A DNA stretch of 64,000 nt, from assembly GCF_037042905.1 (NCBI RefSeq), contig NC_087250.1, positions 27,344,001 to 27,408,000 on the forward strand. The letters are read 5' to 3'. The notes beneath the pieces were generated by a model. That model was not told where the DNA came from, ran no database searches, and saw nothing but the letters and a program-made list of their open reading frames with translations. Source of the stretch: Lytechinus pictus. Taxonomy: Eukaryota. The position numbers and the translations under genes are program-made. Below are positions 1-12,313 of this stretch, in pieces (within the stretch, counting starts at the first letter, position 1; every line of letters starts with the position of its first letter).

Positions 1-175
1 TATCAGAAAAAAATTGACAAGCCAAAAAAAAAAAAAAAAAAGGCCTTCAAGCTCGTCAGGGGGGCAATAAAGGTCTTCAAGCTCGTCAGGGGGGCATGGA
101 TATGTCTGTTGTATGGGTTGTGGCTCGTCAGGGGGGGGGCAGACTGCCCCCCCCCCCCCGTAGGTACGCTAGTGC
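1..175. mobile_element. Partial hAT-like MITE (cut by window edge), same family as 1464-1768
   Basis: Ends ...GTAGGTACGCTAGTG; shares GGGCAGACTGCC, AAGACCTT and GACGAG modules with the element at 1464-1768 in opposite orientation. Confidence 0.5.
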
Positions 176-789
176 GCCATACAAGAGGGCAGGTGATGTT
201 AATCGAAGAAGGAAATCTTTGACACAATAACAAGTCTAAAATGAATATGATTGTTTTCGCTTTTTTTTGGGCATCCATCAAATTTTTAGGGGGGCACCTG
301 GGGGCACACGAAATTTGTCGGGGTCACGTGCCCCCCCCCATAAAGGTGCGTCGGTTATTTTTTTTTCTCTGTTTCAGTATAGTCAACCTCAGCAGTCTAA
401 AACCTTTTTGCATGAAAAATCCTCCCTAAATATTATAATTTATTATTAATAATTTCCTATTTTCTGAGATGAAAACTAGAAGTTATGAGCATTATTTGCA
501 ATCATGAATATGATTATATCAACAATCGACGCGTTCTCGAAGCGCGAGTTAAAAAATTGATTTTCCGACCTCAAACTGGACACTCTATACACTATTGGTA
601 ATCTTGAAGAATAATGTGTTTCTAAGTAAACATTTCATAACAGATGATTATTTGTTACTTTCAAGAGATAGAGATTTTTACAAAGCAAAATTTGATAAAT
701 GCAAATGTACTTTTGATATAAAAAAATTGAATATTTTTGGAAAGAATATAATAGATATATAATAAATTATATAATAATAATTATAATAA

Positions 790-2445
790 TAATAAATAAA
801 TAATATGAACAAAAAGTCGAAACGGGAATATTATTGTAACAAATTCAAAGATTTCGCGAAAAATGATCTAAAACAAAAAAAGGAAAGTAATAAAAGACCT
901 CCTACAAGCCAAAAAGTCGGAGTCTGAAATAATTTTAAGATAGAACATGAAAGTGTGAAAATCGAAAACAATGTAGAAATTGGTAATGTATTAAATCAAA
1001 TGTTTAATAGTTTCGCAGATAAAATAAAGGGCTCCAGTACGCAAAGCCAACATGATGTACATACTGATGACAACTATATGCAAAATGTACCAACCACATA
1101 GGATACCTTTTCTTTTTCAGATATTACTGAGGATTTTGTATTAAAAGAACTGAATAGTATTGATACGCGTAAAGCCTGTACGGTCTTGATGGCTTACATC
1201 CTACGTTGTTAAAATTTGCTGCTTTTATCATTGTTAAACCACTAACATATATATATAAAACTCTTCACTTAAAACAGGCAGTGTACCCAATGATTTTAAA
1301 CTATCAAAAATGATACCCTTATATAAAAGTGGCGATAAGACTCAACCGATGAATTATAGACCCATAATTATCTATTTTGTCAATACCAAGTAAAATATTA
1401 GAAAAACGAATTCACCAACAGTTATATGAGTATTTAAATGAGCATCCTCTATTGACTGATATCCATTAGCGTACCTACGGGGGGGGGGGGGGCAGAGGGG
1501 GCAGACTGCCACTCTGACGAGTCACAACCCATGCAAGGGATGTATCCCTGCCCCCCCCCCCCCACGACGAGTCACAACTGATCCCTGACGAGCCACAAGT
1601 GGACCGCTCCTTTGAACTTGAAGACCTTTTTTTTTTTTGCTTGTCAATTTTTTTTTCTGGTGCGAAATCCTTTATTTGTGATTGAAGACCTTTTTTTTCT
1701 TTGCATGTCAATTTTTTTGGCGGACGAATTTGACCCCCCCCCCTTGAAAAATCCTAGGTACGCCACTGCTGACAACCAATCAGGTTTTCGGCCTTTATTT
1801 CCACTCGACCATCTCTTGCCTTTTTGATATTTCAGAATATATTAAAAATATTAACAATGGGTTTATAATAGGTGGTGTGTTTTTAGACCTCCGTAAAGCA
1901 TTCCATGTTATACCGCATGAGAAACTGTTAAAGAAATTGTCATGTTATGGCATAAAAGAAAATGAATATAATTGGTTTAAATCATACATCACAGGCAGGA
2001 TACAACGTGTTTCAATAAATAGTACTTTAAGTGATTCGTTAATAGTAAAACAGGAATCCATCAGGGTTCAACCCTTTGCCCATTGATTTTTAGTATTTTC
2101 ATAAATGATATTGCCAATATAGATTTTATACCATCTTCAAAACTCTCTTTATATGCTGATGATACGGTAATATTTTGTAAAACAAAAACTGAAGAGAATT
2201 TGGAACATTATTTACAATCACAGTTTGATATGATTAATGAGTGGTTGGACAGAAACGAAATGTATATTAACGTCGACAAAACCAAAGTTATGGTATTTGA
2301 CTCAGTACAGAAAAAAAATATATATATGTAAAATTCATATATCATCTAAAAATCTAAAATTGGAAAACGTAGATAGATTCAAATATCTTGGAGTTACTAT
2401 TGACCCACTTATGAAATGGACAAAGCATATTAACACTGTGTTAAA
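790..2445 (+). pseudogene. Degenerate CR1-group (L2/Crack-like) LINE ORF2 reverse-transcriptase fragment
   Basis: Frameshifted RT motifs: PLYKSGDK..MNYRPI, DNQSGFRP, FLDLRKAFHVIPH, IFSIFIND, LYADDT, FKYLGVTID; interrupted by MITE 1464-1768. Confidence 0.85.
1464..1768. mobile_element. hAT-like MITE inserted in the LINE fragment
   Basis: Ends CATTAGCGTACCTA / TAGGTACGCCACTG; degenerate 8-bp TSD CTGATATC / CTGACAAC; removal restores LLTDNQSGFRP. Confidence 0.75.
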
Positions 2446-3249
2446 AAAAAGAGTTAAAGAAAGGGAAACGTATCCGGGGGATCCCCCCCCAAAAAAAAAA
2501 AAATAATAATAAAAAGAGAAAGAAGACAAACGGATCCGGGGTCCAGAGGAGCCATTACCCCCCCCCCCCCGGAAAAAAGACAAACATAAAAGGAAGATAT
2601 AAGACATAAAGAAAAAGGTAAATGGGAGAGAGAATTTGAAGAAACGGATCCAGTGAAACTGGAAGGGTATCCCCTTCGCCTGCCTCTCATGAGGAAGAGA
2701 GAGAGAGAGAGAGAGAGAGATAGAAATAGGGGGGGGGGAGAGGAGGGGTAAGGAAAAGGGGAACGAACAGGATAAAGATGGATAACAGATCTAGGGACTG
2801 ATAGGCGTCACCATCCCCCCCCCCCAAAAAAAAAAAAAGGAAAATAAAAATGGGAACACGGAAGAGAACAAGAAGACAAAAAATAGAAGAAAAAAGGGTA
2901 TATATTTGGAAAAAAATATGAAAAAATAAGAGAGAGGTGGATGACGGAAAAGTAAAAGAAAAGGAAGAAAAGTTGGACGATAAAGAGGAAATTACCTTGT
3001 ACATTATGTACGTATTTCGACTCATTCCAATCGTGTAAATATGTAATTATATTGATTTATTTCAATAAAACATACAAAAAAAGAGGAGAGGAAATGACAT
3101 GTATAGGCTCAGTTAGAATAGAGGAAAATTTTCTTTTCCATCCTTTTATTTTCCCTTTATTATTTTTTTTTGAGGGGGGGGGGGGCGGAGGGCAAGCCCT
3201 TCAAGTCCTTTGGATCTCTTCTATATATATATATATATATATATTTCAG

Positions 3250-3918
3250 GTGAATTTGACGCCCCCCTAGGTCGAACAACACAATTTACCGTACCTAGGT
3301 GGAACATCAACTTGACGCCCCTGTGTTTAAGGTCAATTTGGTGCCCCCCCCCCCCTCGAAGGTCGAACATCAATTTGGCGCCCCTTATGTGGAACATCAA
3401 TTTGACGCCCCCATGTTTAAGGTCAGTTCAGCACGCCCTCCTTACAGGACAATTTGGCGCCCCTAAGTTTAAGGTCCAAGGGGGATCCACAATTTACAAG
3501 CTTTGCTTTTTAGTGGATCCCCCTCATTTCCATTTATGCTCTATATTATACCGTTCTTTTCTATTTTTTTACGAAGTAAGAATGCCCTTCTGTAAAATTG
3601 TACTTGATTTGTATTACTTTATATTACTTTGTACTATGTTTTGAATGGAAATGAAATAAAAGAATTGAAAAAAAGAATTGAAGGTCAATTTGGCGTCCCC
3701 CAGGTCAAACATCAATTTGGCGCCCCCAAGTTTAAGGTCTGTTTGGTGCCCCCGTTACATGTCAGTTTGACGCCCCCAGTGGAATATCAATTTGGCGGCG
3801 CCCCCCCCCCCCCGTCGAATATTATTTCGGTGCCCACTAGGTAGAACATCAATTTGGCGCCCCCTCCCAAGTTTAAATTCAGTTTGGCGCCCCCTCATTA
3901 CAGCTCAATTTGGCACCC
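3250..3918. repeat. Degenerate ~25-35 bp tandem array (TCGAACATCAATTTGGCGCCCC unit)
   Basis: Many imperfect copies; same unit at 35298-36080 and 42322-43022. Confidence 0.8.
3477..3680 (+). mobile_element. 5'-truncated LINE 3'-UTR insertion (L2/Crack-like tail)
   Basis: 6-bp TSD AAGGTC (3471-3476, 3681-3686); stem GGGGGATCCAC/GTGGATCCCCC; AATAAA followed by AAGAATTGAA tail repeats. Confidence 0.65.
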
Positions 3919-4313
3919 TCTCTCTCTCTTCCTTTTTGTTCGCCTTTTTTCTCTCTTTCCCCTCCCCCCCCCCCTTTCACCCCCTTCCCTCTCCTTTATT
4001 TCTTCTCTCTATCCTCCCCCTTTTCCCTCTTTTTCTCTCCATTTTTCTTTTTTTTAATTTCCTTCCCCTTATTGCCGCCTCCTTTTCGCCTACTACCCCG
4101 GGTGCCAGGGCCCCTAAAGCCCCCATCCCTCCAGAATACGCGCATGATATACCACCGTCTTCATCATATGCAGGGTGGATCGAGCCCCAACCCATACTAC
4201 AAACTGACCTAGGACTGATGGAAGAACAACTTTCCAGTATTTTGATATAGAAACAGACCTTAATCCTATTGAGAAACGGAAGGCTATCCTTAAATTATTA
4301 GGTACTTCTGGTA

Positions 4314-7300
4314 CAGTGCCGGCCGTAGGAAACGTCACGCCCGAGCACGCAAACACCCTAGGGGGCTTTCGCGTCTAACCGAGGGTATTCAAGGGGAGCA
4401 ACCTAGGGTGTTTAGCCGCGCCCGCAGTTTCCTGCGTGCTATATAATATTGGCCGTGCCCGCAATTATCCTAGGGTACGTACTTTGCATTATGTTTACAT
4501 GTGCATGTACTTTGGTAATCTTGTGATAGACCATTATGTTTTTAAACTAGCGTGATCGGAATCTTTTGTAGATTATTATTTTTTATTTTATTTTAGATGT
4601 TATTTGTTTTCTTTTCTTTCATTTTTTAATTTCTGTTTTCCCTTTTAATTCTTTTCCCTTATTAATTCTTTCCCTTTCTTCCTTCCTTGCTTCCTTCCTG
4701 TTTTCTTCTGTCTTTGTTTCTTTCAAATAACGAAGGAATTCTTTTTCTTTCTTTCTTTCTTTCTCTTTTCCTCCATTTTTCTTACTTTTCTCTTTTCTCT
4801 CTTTATGTCTTTTTCTTTCACACATTTATTAATCTTCCCTTCCTTTATTTTAATTCTTTCTTTATTCATTTCAAGTAATGACGGAAACCGTTATCTGTCT
4901 TTTATTCTTTCTTTCGTCCTTTTATTCAAACTTTTTTCCTTTTAATTTTTCCTTATTCATTTTCTTTCCTCTCAATTCATTTCTTGTTTCCTCATTTTTT
5001 TTCTCTTTTCTTTTTTTCCGCTCACCCTCCCTTCCCCTTTCTTAATATATTTTGTTAACAAGTCTAACATTGTGTAGCCTTTTTGATGATTTTTTTGGCC
5101 TGGCTCGGTCGATCCGATGGTACATAGTGTTTTGTCGATTGTCCCGTATTTAATTTTGTGAAATCTGGTCACCCTGGCTGGAACATCGAATTCATTGTTT
5201 TTCATTTACCGCAATGACTCTAATAAATTAATCAAATTTGATGGATTAGGTACACTTTTTTCCTTACGCCTTACGTGGGAGGCATACATGTATCATACAA
5301 ACTTGTTAAAAAAAAATAGGACACAATTGTGATTTAATGTCATGGAGATCAATTCTCTATCTTTTGGGATAAATTTTTTTTTTCTATACGTACCCATTCC
5401 TCTCCCTTCAGCGTGAACTATACACCTAATCCCTTCTCCTTATGAACAGTGTAAGAACTAGAAAAAATTTGAAACATTTTTCCTTAAGTTTTAACGGGGT
5501 GCACAGGGTGGAATTAGGAAAGAAGAAAGAAAGGCATATCAACAACAAAAAAGAACGAATTAAAATAGATAAAAGACATTAATAAGCAGACTTGATTTTT
5601 TTGGTAAATCAAAATTGACAAGTTATTAACAGAGTGAATGTTAACAAACATTAATAACAAACTTAAAATAACACAGAATTATGAATATCAAGGGCATTTG
5701 CGAATTCTCATTATGTTAAAACAAACGTGCGGTCAATATTGGGATCGGCAATTCGTTGACATGGTTGATAAAACCCTAATAAAGGGAATGAAAGGTACGT
5801 GAAAACGAATACTAGTATGACCAAGATCATACAAAGTAGACGTGCAAAAAGCGAACACCAGCTGGTTGTGCTCATCGATTTGTTATTTGGTTCTTTTGTT
5901 ATTGTCAACAGTCTGGTCGAGTCTTGCTCCCCGCCCACACCTTTGATCTCCTTTGATCACATCCGCTTCCCAATTTATGACAGGATGTTCATAGAAATGG
6001 GGGGGGGGGGGGTTAATTTGTTGATGCATTAACAACAATAAATGAGGATGTTCTTTCCATTTCGGTTCAAATCGGGTCTCTAAAACCCTCACCCTATACA
6101 AATATATAAATTTACCTAAATGTAACAGATGGAACAGATTTATCTTTTTGCTAAAAAATCTGATTACATTACCTGCTCTCTATTGCGGTTTTTAAGTTAC
6201 ATTGGTAGATATTCTAATTGGGAAGAGATGAAAGTGGTGGAAATAATAAAGGAGAAGAAGGAAGAGGAGGATGAGAGAAATGAAGAGGGGTTCCAGCTTC
6301 ATGATGAGAACAACGCATATATTTCGCGCAATTTTATAAAAAAAAATATAGATGGGATTAAAACGAATATTGATATCCCTGATTCACCTACAAGATGATA
6401 ATAACACGAATAATTGACGTCGAGGTAAAGATTAAACTATCATATTTACGAACTGCGGTTTTATATTGATAGATTAGTCGGACATCAATTAAAGTTATAA
6501 ACATTTTTTATTTATTTATTTTATTTCAGTAAAGCAAGATTTTCCTTCGAAATATATTTTGTTATATGAAGTGGAAATGATAAAACCAAGTCACAACTTG
6601 GTATAATACAGAATTTCGTGTTATATGGCAGCTAAAAATAATAATACATGACATTTGTAAAGCGCACTTTCCATCTTGATTGGATGCTCAATGCCTTCAG
6701 AGCAAAGCAACAAAAGCTATTTACATAATGTAACTATTAAAAAAAAAATCTAGCACATTTAGCTTCAATGTTTAAACACATACCCAAGTAAAAGTATGTT
6801 TTCGAAAGCTACTATGACGTAGTGTGTGGAATGGGTACTTAACGAGTTAATTATCACTTGCCGACAAAGCAAGAATGGAGCTATACAAATCATTCTTTTC
6901 TTTTGTTAAGAGTTTTGGTGGGTGCTCACGCAAACGCTGGCTATCAAACCTAACAATTCTTTTCGGGGAACAAAGGAGTTAGTCAAGCCAAGTTAAAGAA
7001 TGAAAGCCCCGTCCCGGTTCACCTCTATATAGTCGAAAATCCTTTTAATCATCACGCGTGAGCATTAGTAAAACAAGTTTCATAACTAAGTACTGCAGAA
7101 CTATATGGTATCCATATTACCATGAAACAATAAGCGCCCTCTATTTTCTCTTTCTCCCCTTTCCCCTTCTTTTCTTTGCTCCCTACTCCTTTTCTCACTT
7201 TTTCTGTTTTCCTTCTCATTTTCCCTCCATCCCTTCCTTTTTGCCTTTTTCTTTCTTCTTTCTTGAATGAGCGGATGTTAATTCGGGACAAGTTTTTAAT

Positions 7301-7940
7301 TGATTCAACGAGAGCAGGAAATTGTGAGCATGGTGAGAGAAAATAATTACAAGATTGAGCGCAAAAATGTTCAATACTTGTCATCAGCGTAAAAATTGGC
7401 AGATGCGAGTTACTAAAGTATTTTCTGACATGAAAAACTGGACAATTTCCCAATTTTTTTTTTTTCCTGCACCCTTCCTTCTCTTCCCTCCTTCGCTTTT
7501 TTACTCCATTTTATTATGTCTCCCTTCTTCATTTTATTTAATTTCCCCCTCCTTATCATTCTCTCTTTCTCATTCTGTCCTCCTTCCTTTTCTTCCTTTG
7601 TCTCTTCTTTCCCCCTTCGATTTTCAATCTATTTTCCTTTTCTACTTTTCCCTCTTTTCTTTCTGTCTCACCTTCCCTTTTTTCATCCCCTCTGTTTTCT
7701 TCTCCATTTCACCTTTTCCTTATTTCTTTTCTTTACCCCCTCTCCCTCCTTCTTCCCTCCCTCGCCCCCCCTCTATTTTCTCTTTCTCCCCTTTCCCCTT
7801 CGCTCACTTTTTCTATTTCTCTTATCTCTTTCCTTCTCGTCTTCAATCCATCCCTTCCTTTTCGCCTTTTCTTTCATTTTTGCTTTCTTCTTCTCCCTTT
7901 TATCTGCATCTCGTAGATCCGCGCCTGAAAGGCGTGTAAG

Positions 7941-8010
<70 letters not shown>

Positions 8011-8589
8011 GATGACCATGCAGGGTAAGAATAGAGTAAATAGTTCTAGGACGACCTCCGGAATGTAGGGTCAACATCGACAAATACCTGCTCCTTTGTC
8101 AGAAACTCATTTACGATCACGACTAACCATGTTAGTGAATGAAATAACGGACACCACGGGAAGAATATTCATATATAGGAAAGGACCCTTTACGTTGGTG
8201 CCAGTTTGTAATCGAACACAATAAGTAATCCGGTGAAAAAGCCTAAAATCCCAGTTATCAACCCAAAACTTTGTCATTTTCATAACAGATTTTATCCACG
8301 ATAAATGATCGAAAACTTATGCTTGATATGAGATAAAAATCACATGCAGTCTTGAATGTGTCAAATCAGACCACTTCTTTCGACCAAGAATGCACGGCCA
8401 AACATCCTAGGAAAACACCCTAGGACCCTATGATAGACGCGGGCACTACCCTCGGGCGCTCCCCTAGGGCACTCATGTCCTAGGGGAGCGGACGCGGGCG
8501 TCTTCCCTCGTCCGCTCCCCTCAAATGTCCGTTACGGGCTACCGCGTTCGCCCTAGGGGGCACTGTGACGTTTCCCGCGGCCGGCACTG
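4314..8589. mobile_element. 4.3-kb non-autonomous TIR DNA transposon, Tc1/mariner-like ends
   Basis: 25-bp TIR CAGTGCCGGCCG(TA/CG)GGAAACGTCAC; TA on both flanks (4312-4313, 8590-8591); CCTAGG repeats near both ends; no transposase ORF recognised. Confidence 0.75.
7943..8006. repeat. (TA)n microsatellite
   Basis: Uninterrupted TA run. Confidence 0.95.
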
Positions 8590-9030
8590 TATAGTTAGAT
8601 TCAATCACAATTCGAGTAGTGTTGTGAAACAACAAAAATCCGGTGAATCATTTTCATCCAGTATAACAACCGAGGTATCCTCAAGAGTACTGAGGTGACA
8701 ATGACAATGACAATGACAATGATCTTATTTCTTTGACGGCCCCTCCTGGGGGCATAGAAGAAATATAACAACTTACAACAATGGCAATAATAGGCATAAG
8801 AAAAAAATACCAAGGTAACAAGAATCAAACATGATGATAATAAACATATGTACAATACAAGAGCAGTAATAGAAATAGAAACGGGCACAAATTAACCCAC
8901 CCACTCCCGACATGCCAGAGAGTATCTGGAGACCAGTACCCCACTGAGCATGTGCAGGTGCAATCCAACAAAATCTGAAATCATGCCCTAATACAAGAAA
9001 GTAACCAAGACAGCAACTACACTTAAGATA

Positions 9031-9204
9031 TTAAAATTTTGACATAATGAATTTACAAAATCTTGACAGATTTTTCAAGTCTTTTGTATTTCGCATATTA
9101 AACAGCTTGTGCATTTTAATCAAGTTTGGTCTGACAAAATAATACCCTCTAATTAAAGCTTTCCTTTCACTTTCAAAAGCAGGACAATTAAACACATAAT
9201 GAAT
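9031..9204 (-). pseudogene. Displaced C-terminus of the RTEX-like ORF2 (second half of CCHC zinc finger)
   Basis: Manual translation IHYVFNCPAFESERKALIRGYYFVRPNLIKMHKLFN...FIMSKF*; joins in frame to CTLCDSHEPGDE at 16143. Confidence 0.85.
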
Positions 9205-9711
9205 TGATTTAACGCATGTATGGTGTGTGTTGAATCTCTCTCTCTATTTTCAATATTTTCAACTGAATATTTTCAACTGAATCTTGGACTTGATTTGCCC
9301 CATTGATAAATGGATTGTGAGTATCACCTTTGTGAGATTGACTTTTATTAACAATGTAACATTCTCCTTTCATCATTGGAGTGTAAGCCAGGAAAAATCA
9401 CGTGGAAGTGAAACATCTTGACTTGTGGAATTTGATATACAGTCCCATATACAGTCCCATGTATATAATCTAGTGATGTTCCAGTAAACTTTATCTCTTC
9501 TTGTATATCCTGAAGGTGATCTTCAAGTTCATTGCTCTTTTCCTTGAATATTACCACTTGCGTGTATTAGCCATTGTTATCCTTATTTGTGCTGAACAAG
9601 ATTAGTTGAGAGTGAAAGCCCAATAGTGTATTCATTCCAACACCTTATTGAATAGAACCTACAGGCTTTTATTCCGAACAATGGCTGGTCCAGCCCCTGC
9701 TCCAGGCTTAA

Positions 9712-10314
9712 AGGTCAAGTCCACCCCAGCAAAATGTTGATTTGAATAAATAGAGAAAAATCAAACTAGCATAACACTGAAAATTTCATCCAAATTGGAT
9801 GTAAAATAACAAAGTTATGGCATTTTAAAGTTTCGCTTATTTTTCACAAAACAGTGATATGCACAACTCAGTGACATGCAAATGAGTCAGTCGTTGATGT
9901 CCATCACTCACTAATTCTTTTGTTTTTTATTGTTTGAATTATACAATATTTCATTTTTTACAATTTTGACCATAGAGACCGACTTGACTGAACCATATAG
10001 TATTAAACAATGCTAATTCCACGTGTTCAGGGAGGAATTAATTGTTGTTTCACAGGACAACAGGTGGAAAATGGGAATATTTCACATTTCATGTAATAAA
10101 ATACAAAAGAAATAGTGAGTGAGTGATGTCATCAGCCTGCTCATTTGCATATCGACAAGGATGTGAATATAACTGTTTTGTGAACTTAAGCGAAACTTTA
10201 AAATGTCATAACTTTCTTATTTTACATCCGATTTTGATGAAATTTTTAGTGTTATGCTTGTTGGATTTTTCTCTTTTTATTTGAATCAACTTTTTGTTGG
10301 GGTGGACTTGTCCT
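9712..10314. mobile_element. Non-autonomous Kolobok-type MITE (family A)
   Basis: TTAA both sides (9708-9711, 10315-10318); TIR AGG(T/A)CAAGTCCACCCCA; AG..CT termini; second copy at 62643-63242. Confidence 0.85.
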
Positions 10315-10571
10315 TTAAAGGAGTGGTCCAGGCCAGCTCCAAAAAATATTTAGCCCGTAGTAAATAATTACAGGAGCCATTTCAAAAAGTATTATCTCCT
10401 TACTCGACTTTGGAGATTTTTAAGAGCATTTCTTGTAACGGTTATTTGGGGCAAAAAGAATTAAATTTCGCGCACATGTAGCAAGATCGGTCACGTGACT
10501 GTGACGTACCATCTCCACTTTGGTTTCGCAACAATCCAGCGCGCGCGACGTCTCACAGCTGCAATAAGCCT

Positions 10572-10753
10572 ATGTGTCAGGCATTCGGCTGCTCGGTTCG
10601 GCCGGGAGAAAATATCCATAAAAGTGCGTTTTCTATACCAAATCCGATCCGAGATCGAGAGAGATGTGCCCAGTGGCTTCACAATATTGGGACTGACAAG
10701 TTTGACATAAAAACATACAAATATAACGCGAGTAGAGTCGTTTGCGAGGACCA
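10572..10753 (+). pseudogene. THAP zinc-finger N-terminus of Kolobok transposase (truncated)
   Basis: MCQAFGCS..FSIPNP..RERCAQWLHNI..RVVCED fits C2CH THAP pattern, cut at the expected His codon. Confidence 0.8.
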
Positions 10754-10945
10754 AATGCTCTCTCTGGCCGTCGGCATCACCGGGCAGTTCCCGCACCGTC
10801 ACCAGTCATTTCTCCCCACTCGATCGGCCGCTGGCTGCGGTACGATCGGATCTTCCTCCACCTCTTCTTCTTCTATTCTTCGACGGTTCTCCAACTCTTC
10901 CGCATTCCACCTTGGTTGGAATGCATATCCCGCAGGACCCGACAT
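10752..10945 (-). pseudogene. KolX (P2X7 C-terminal-like Cys-rich) N-terminus, truncated, one nonsense codon
   Basis: Manual translation MSGPAGYAFQPRW...DRVGRNDW*RCGNCPVMPTARESI matches WCxCGxCxxMPTxxExxCC motif; TGA at 10801-10799 replaces a Cys. Confidence 0.75.
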
Positions 10946-12313
10946 ATTAATTGTTCAAATTATGAAATAAACGGCGAGAAACAAACAAATTGTGAATTAC
11001 AGGGTCGACGGTGGCCGCAATCAATGCAAGTCGAAAACTACATGTAGCTAATACCGTACGTATGCGGCGCGGCCGGCGCTGATGATCTATACGCATACGT
11101 GCGAGCGATAGCTAGCTAGCTAGCTAGCTCGCTCGCGCTCGTAGCATGCAGCAGCCAGCGAAGCCAAAGTGGAGATGCTACGTCACAGAAAAAGCTGCGC
11201 ATTGCATTCTGGGATCGTACAGACTCGTGCCAGAATATGATTTTGGCAAAATTGAAAATTCAATAAAAAATAACTGTGCCTCTTATTTCTTTAAAAAAAT
11301 ATAGTATAGGAAAGAGAAGGTTTTTGTCTATCTAGTGGATATAAATTAAACCTGGCCTGGACCACCCCTTTAATGAATACCAGACAAACAGCTGCTGTAA
11401 CATGCCAAGTGATCAAAGACCTATTACAAAATGAAGAGTTCCTTAAGATTCTTGACTCGGCTGTCAGTAGAGCTGTGGATAAAAAAATGTCAGAGTTAAT
11501 TGAGCGCTTGGACAAAATGCAGAGCTCCATCTACGACATGCAAATGGAAATGGATTCCAAGAATAGAGAGATTCAGAATCTAACAAAAATCACCACAACA
11601 CAAATATCCCAAATCGAAATGCTTGATCGAAGTGTTAACAGTCTAGAGCGATCTCGTAGGTCATGTATCAGAATCCTAGGTAAAAATGAAACACAAGGAG
11701 AAAACACAGACAACATTGTTTCAGATATCTGTCAGTCAAAGCTAGGAATTCAGATTGATGTAACAAGAGATATTGACAGATCGCACCGCACAGGAAGAGC
11801 AAGCCCCAGTCCTCAGACCATTCTCTATCGCCGCGTCCAATAATCGTGAAACTTACTTCATATAGGAAAAGGAAAGAAATACTTCAAAAGAGAAGGCTTC
11901 TGAAGGGGTCCGGCATCATCATCGTGGAGGATCTTACTGTGAGAAATCAAAAATTGTTGAAGAAAACACGTGAACACAGTAAAGTTGTACAGTGTTGGTC
12001 ATCCGATGGTCGCATCATCGCCCTACTTCCAGCCCGAGGAGGGAAGACCATGACTAAGCTGATTACCTGCGAAGAAGATTTAAACAAACTATAAACTTAA
12101 AACGAACAGAACGCGATCGGAACAATACAAAAAAAGAAATGCATGTAATAAACATTTGTTCTCACTTCTTAAATGAATTATAATGTGGGTAATACCACAC
12201 CTAACATATGTTTTACCCCGGTGAACTCCATGCATGTTTTAATATTGCCCTTTTTTCACATCCTTATGTACTTTTATGAATATTGATGTTTTTTATTCGT
12301 TTGTCGTTGTTAA

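Larger units (their letters stand above)
10319..11369. mobile_element. Internally deleted Kolobok transposon (family B) with THAP and KolX stumps
   Basis: TTAA flanks (10315-10318, 11370-11373); 18-bp TIR AGG(A/G)GTGGTCCAGGCCAG; convergent gene remnants. Confidence 0.85.
9681..12094 (+). pseudogene. LINE ORF1 (coiled-coil + RRM/CTD, L1-ORF1p-like), interrupted by two Kolobok elements and one frameshift
   Basis: ATG 9681 MAGPAPAPGL joins in frame across TTAA to MNTRQTAA at 11373; motifs CIRILG, IDRSHRTGR, PRPIIVKL, GIIIVEDLT; frameshift near 11810-11840. Confidence 0.8.

Noticed and set aside
5711..6398. Short ORFs inside the 4.3-kb TIR element as transposase remnants
   Set aside because: No HTH or DDE/D motifs identifiable
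9712..11369. piggyBac assignment for TTAA elements
   Set aside because: Termini are AG..CT rather than CC..GG, and THAP plus KolX remnants indicate Kolobok
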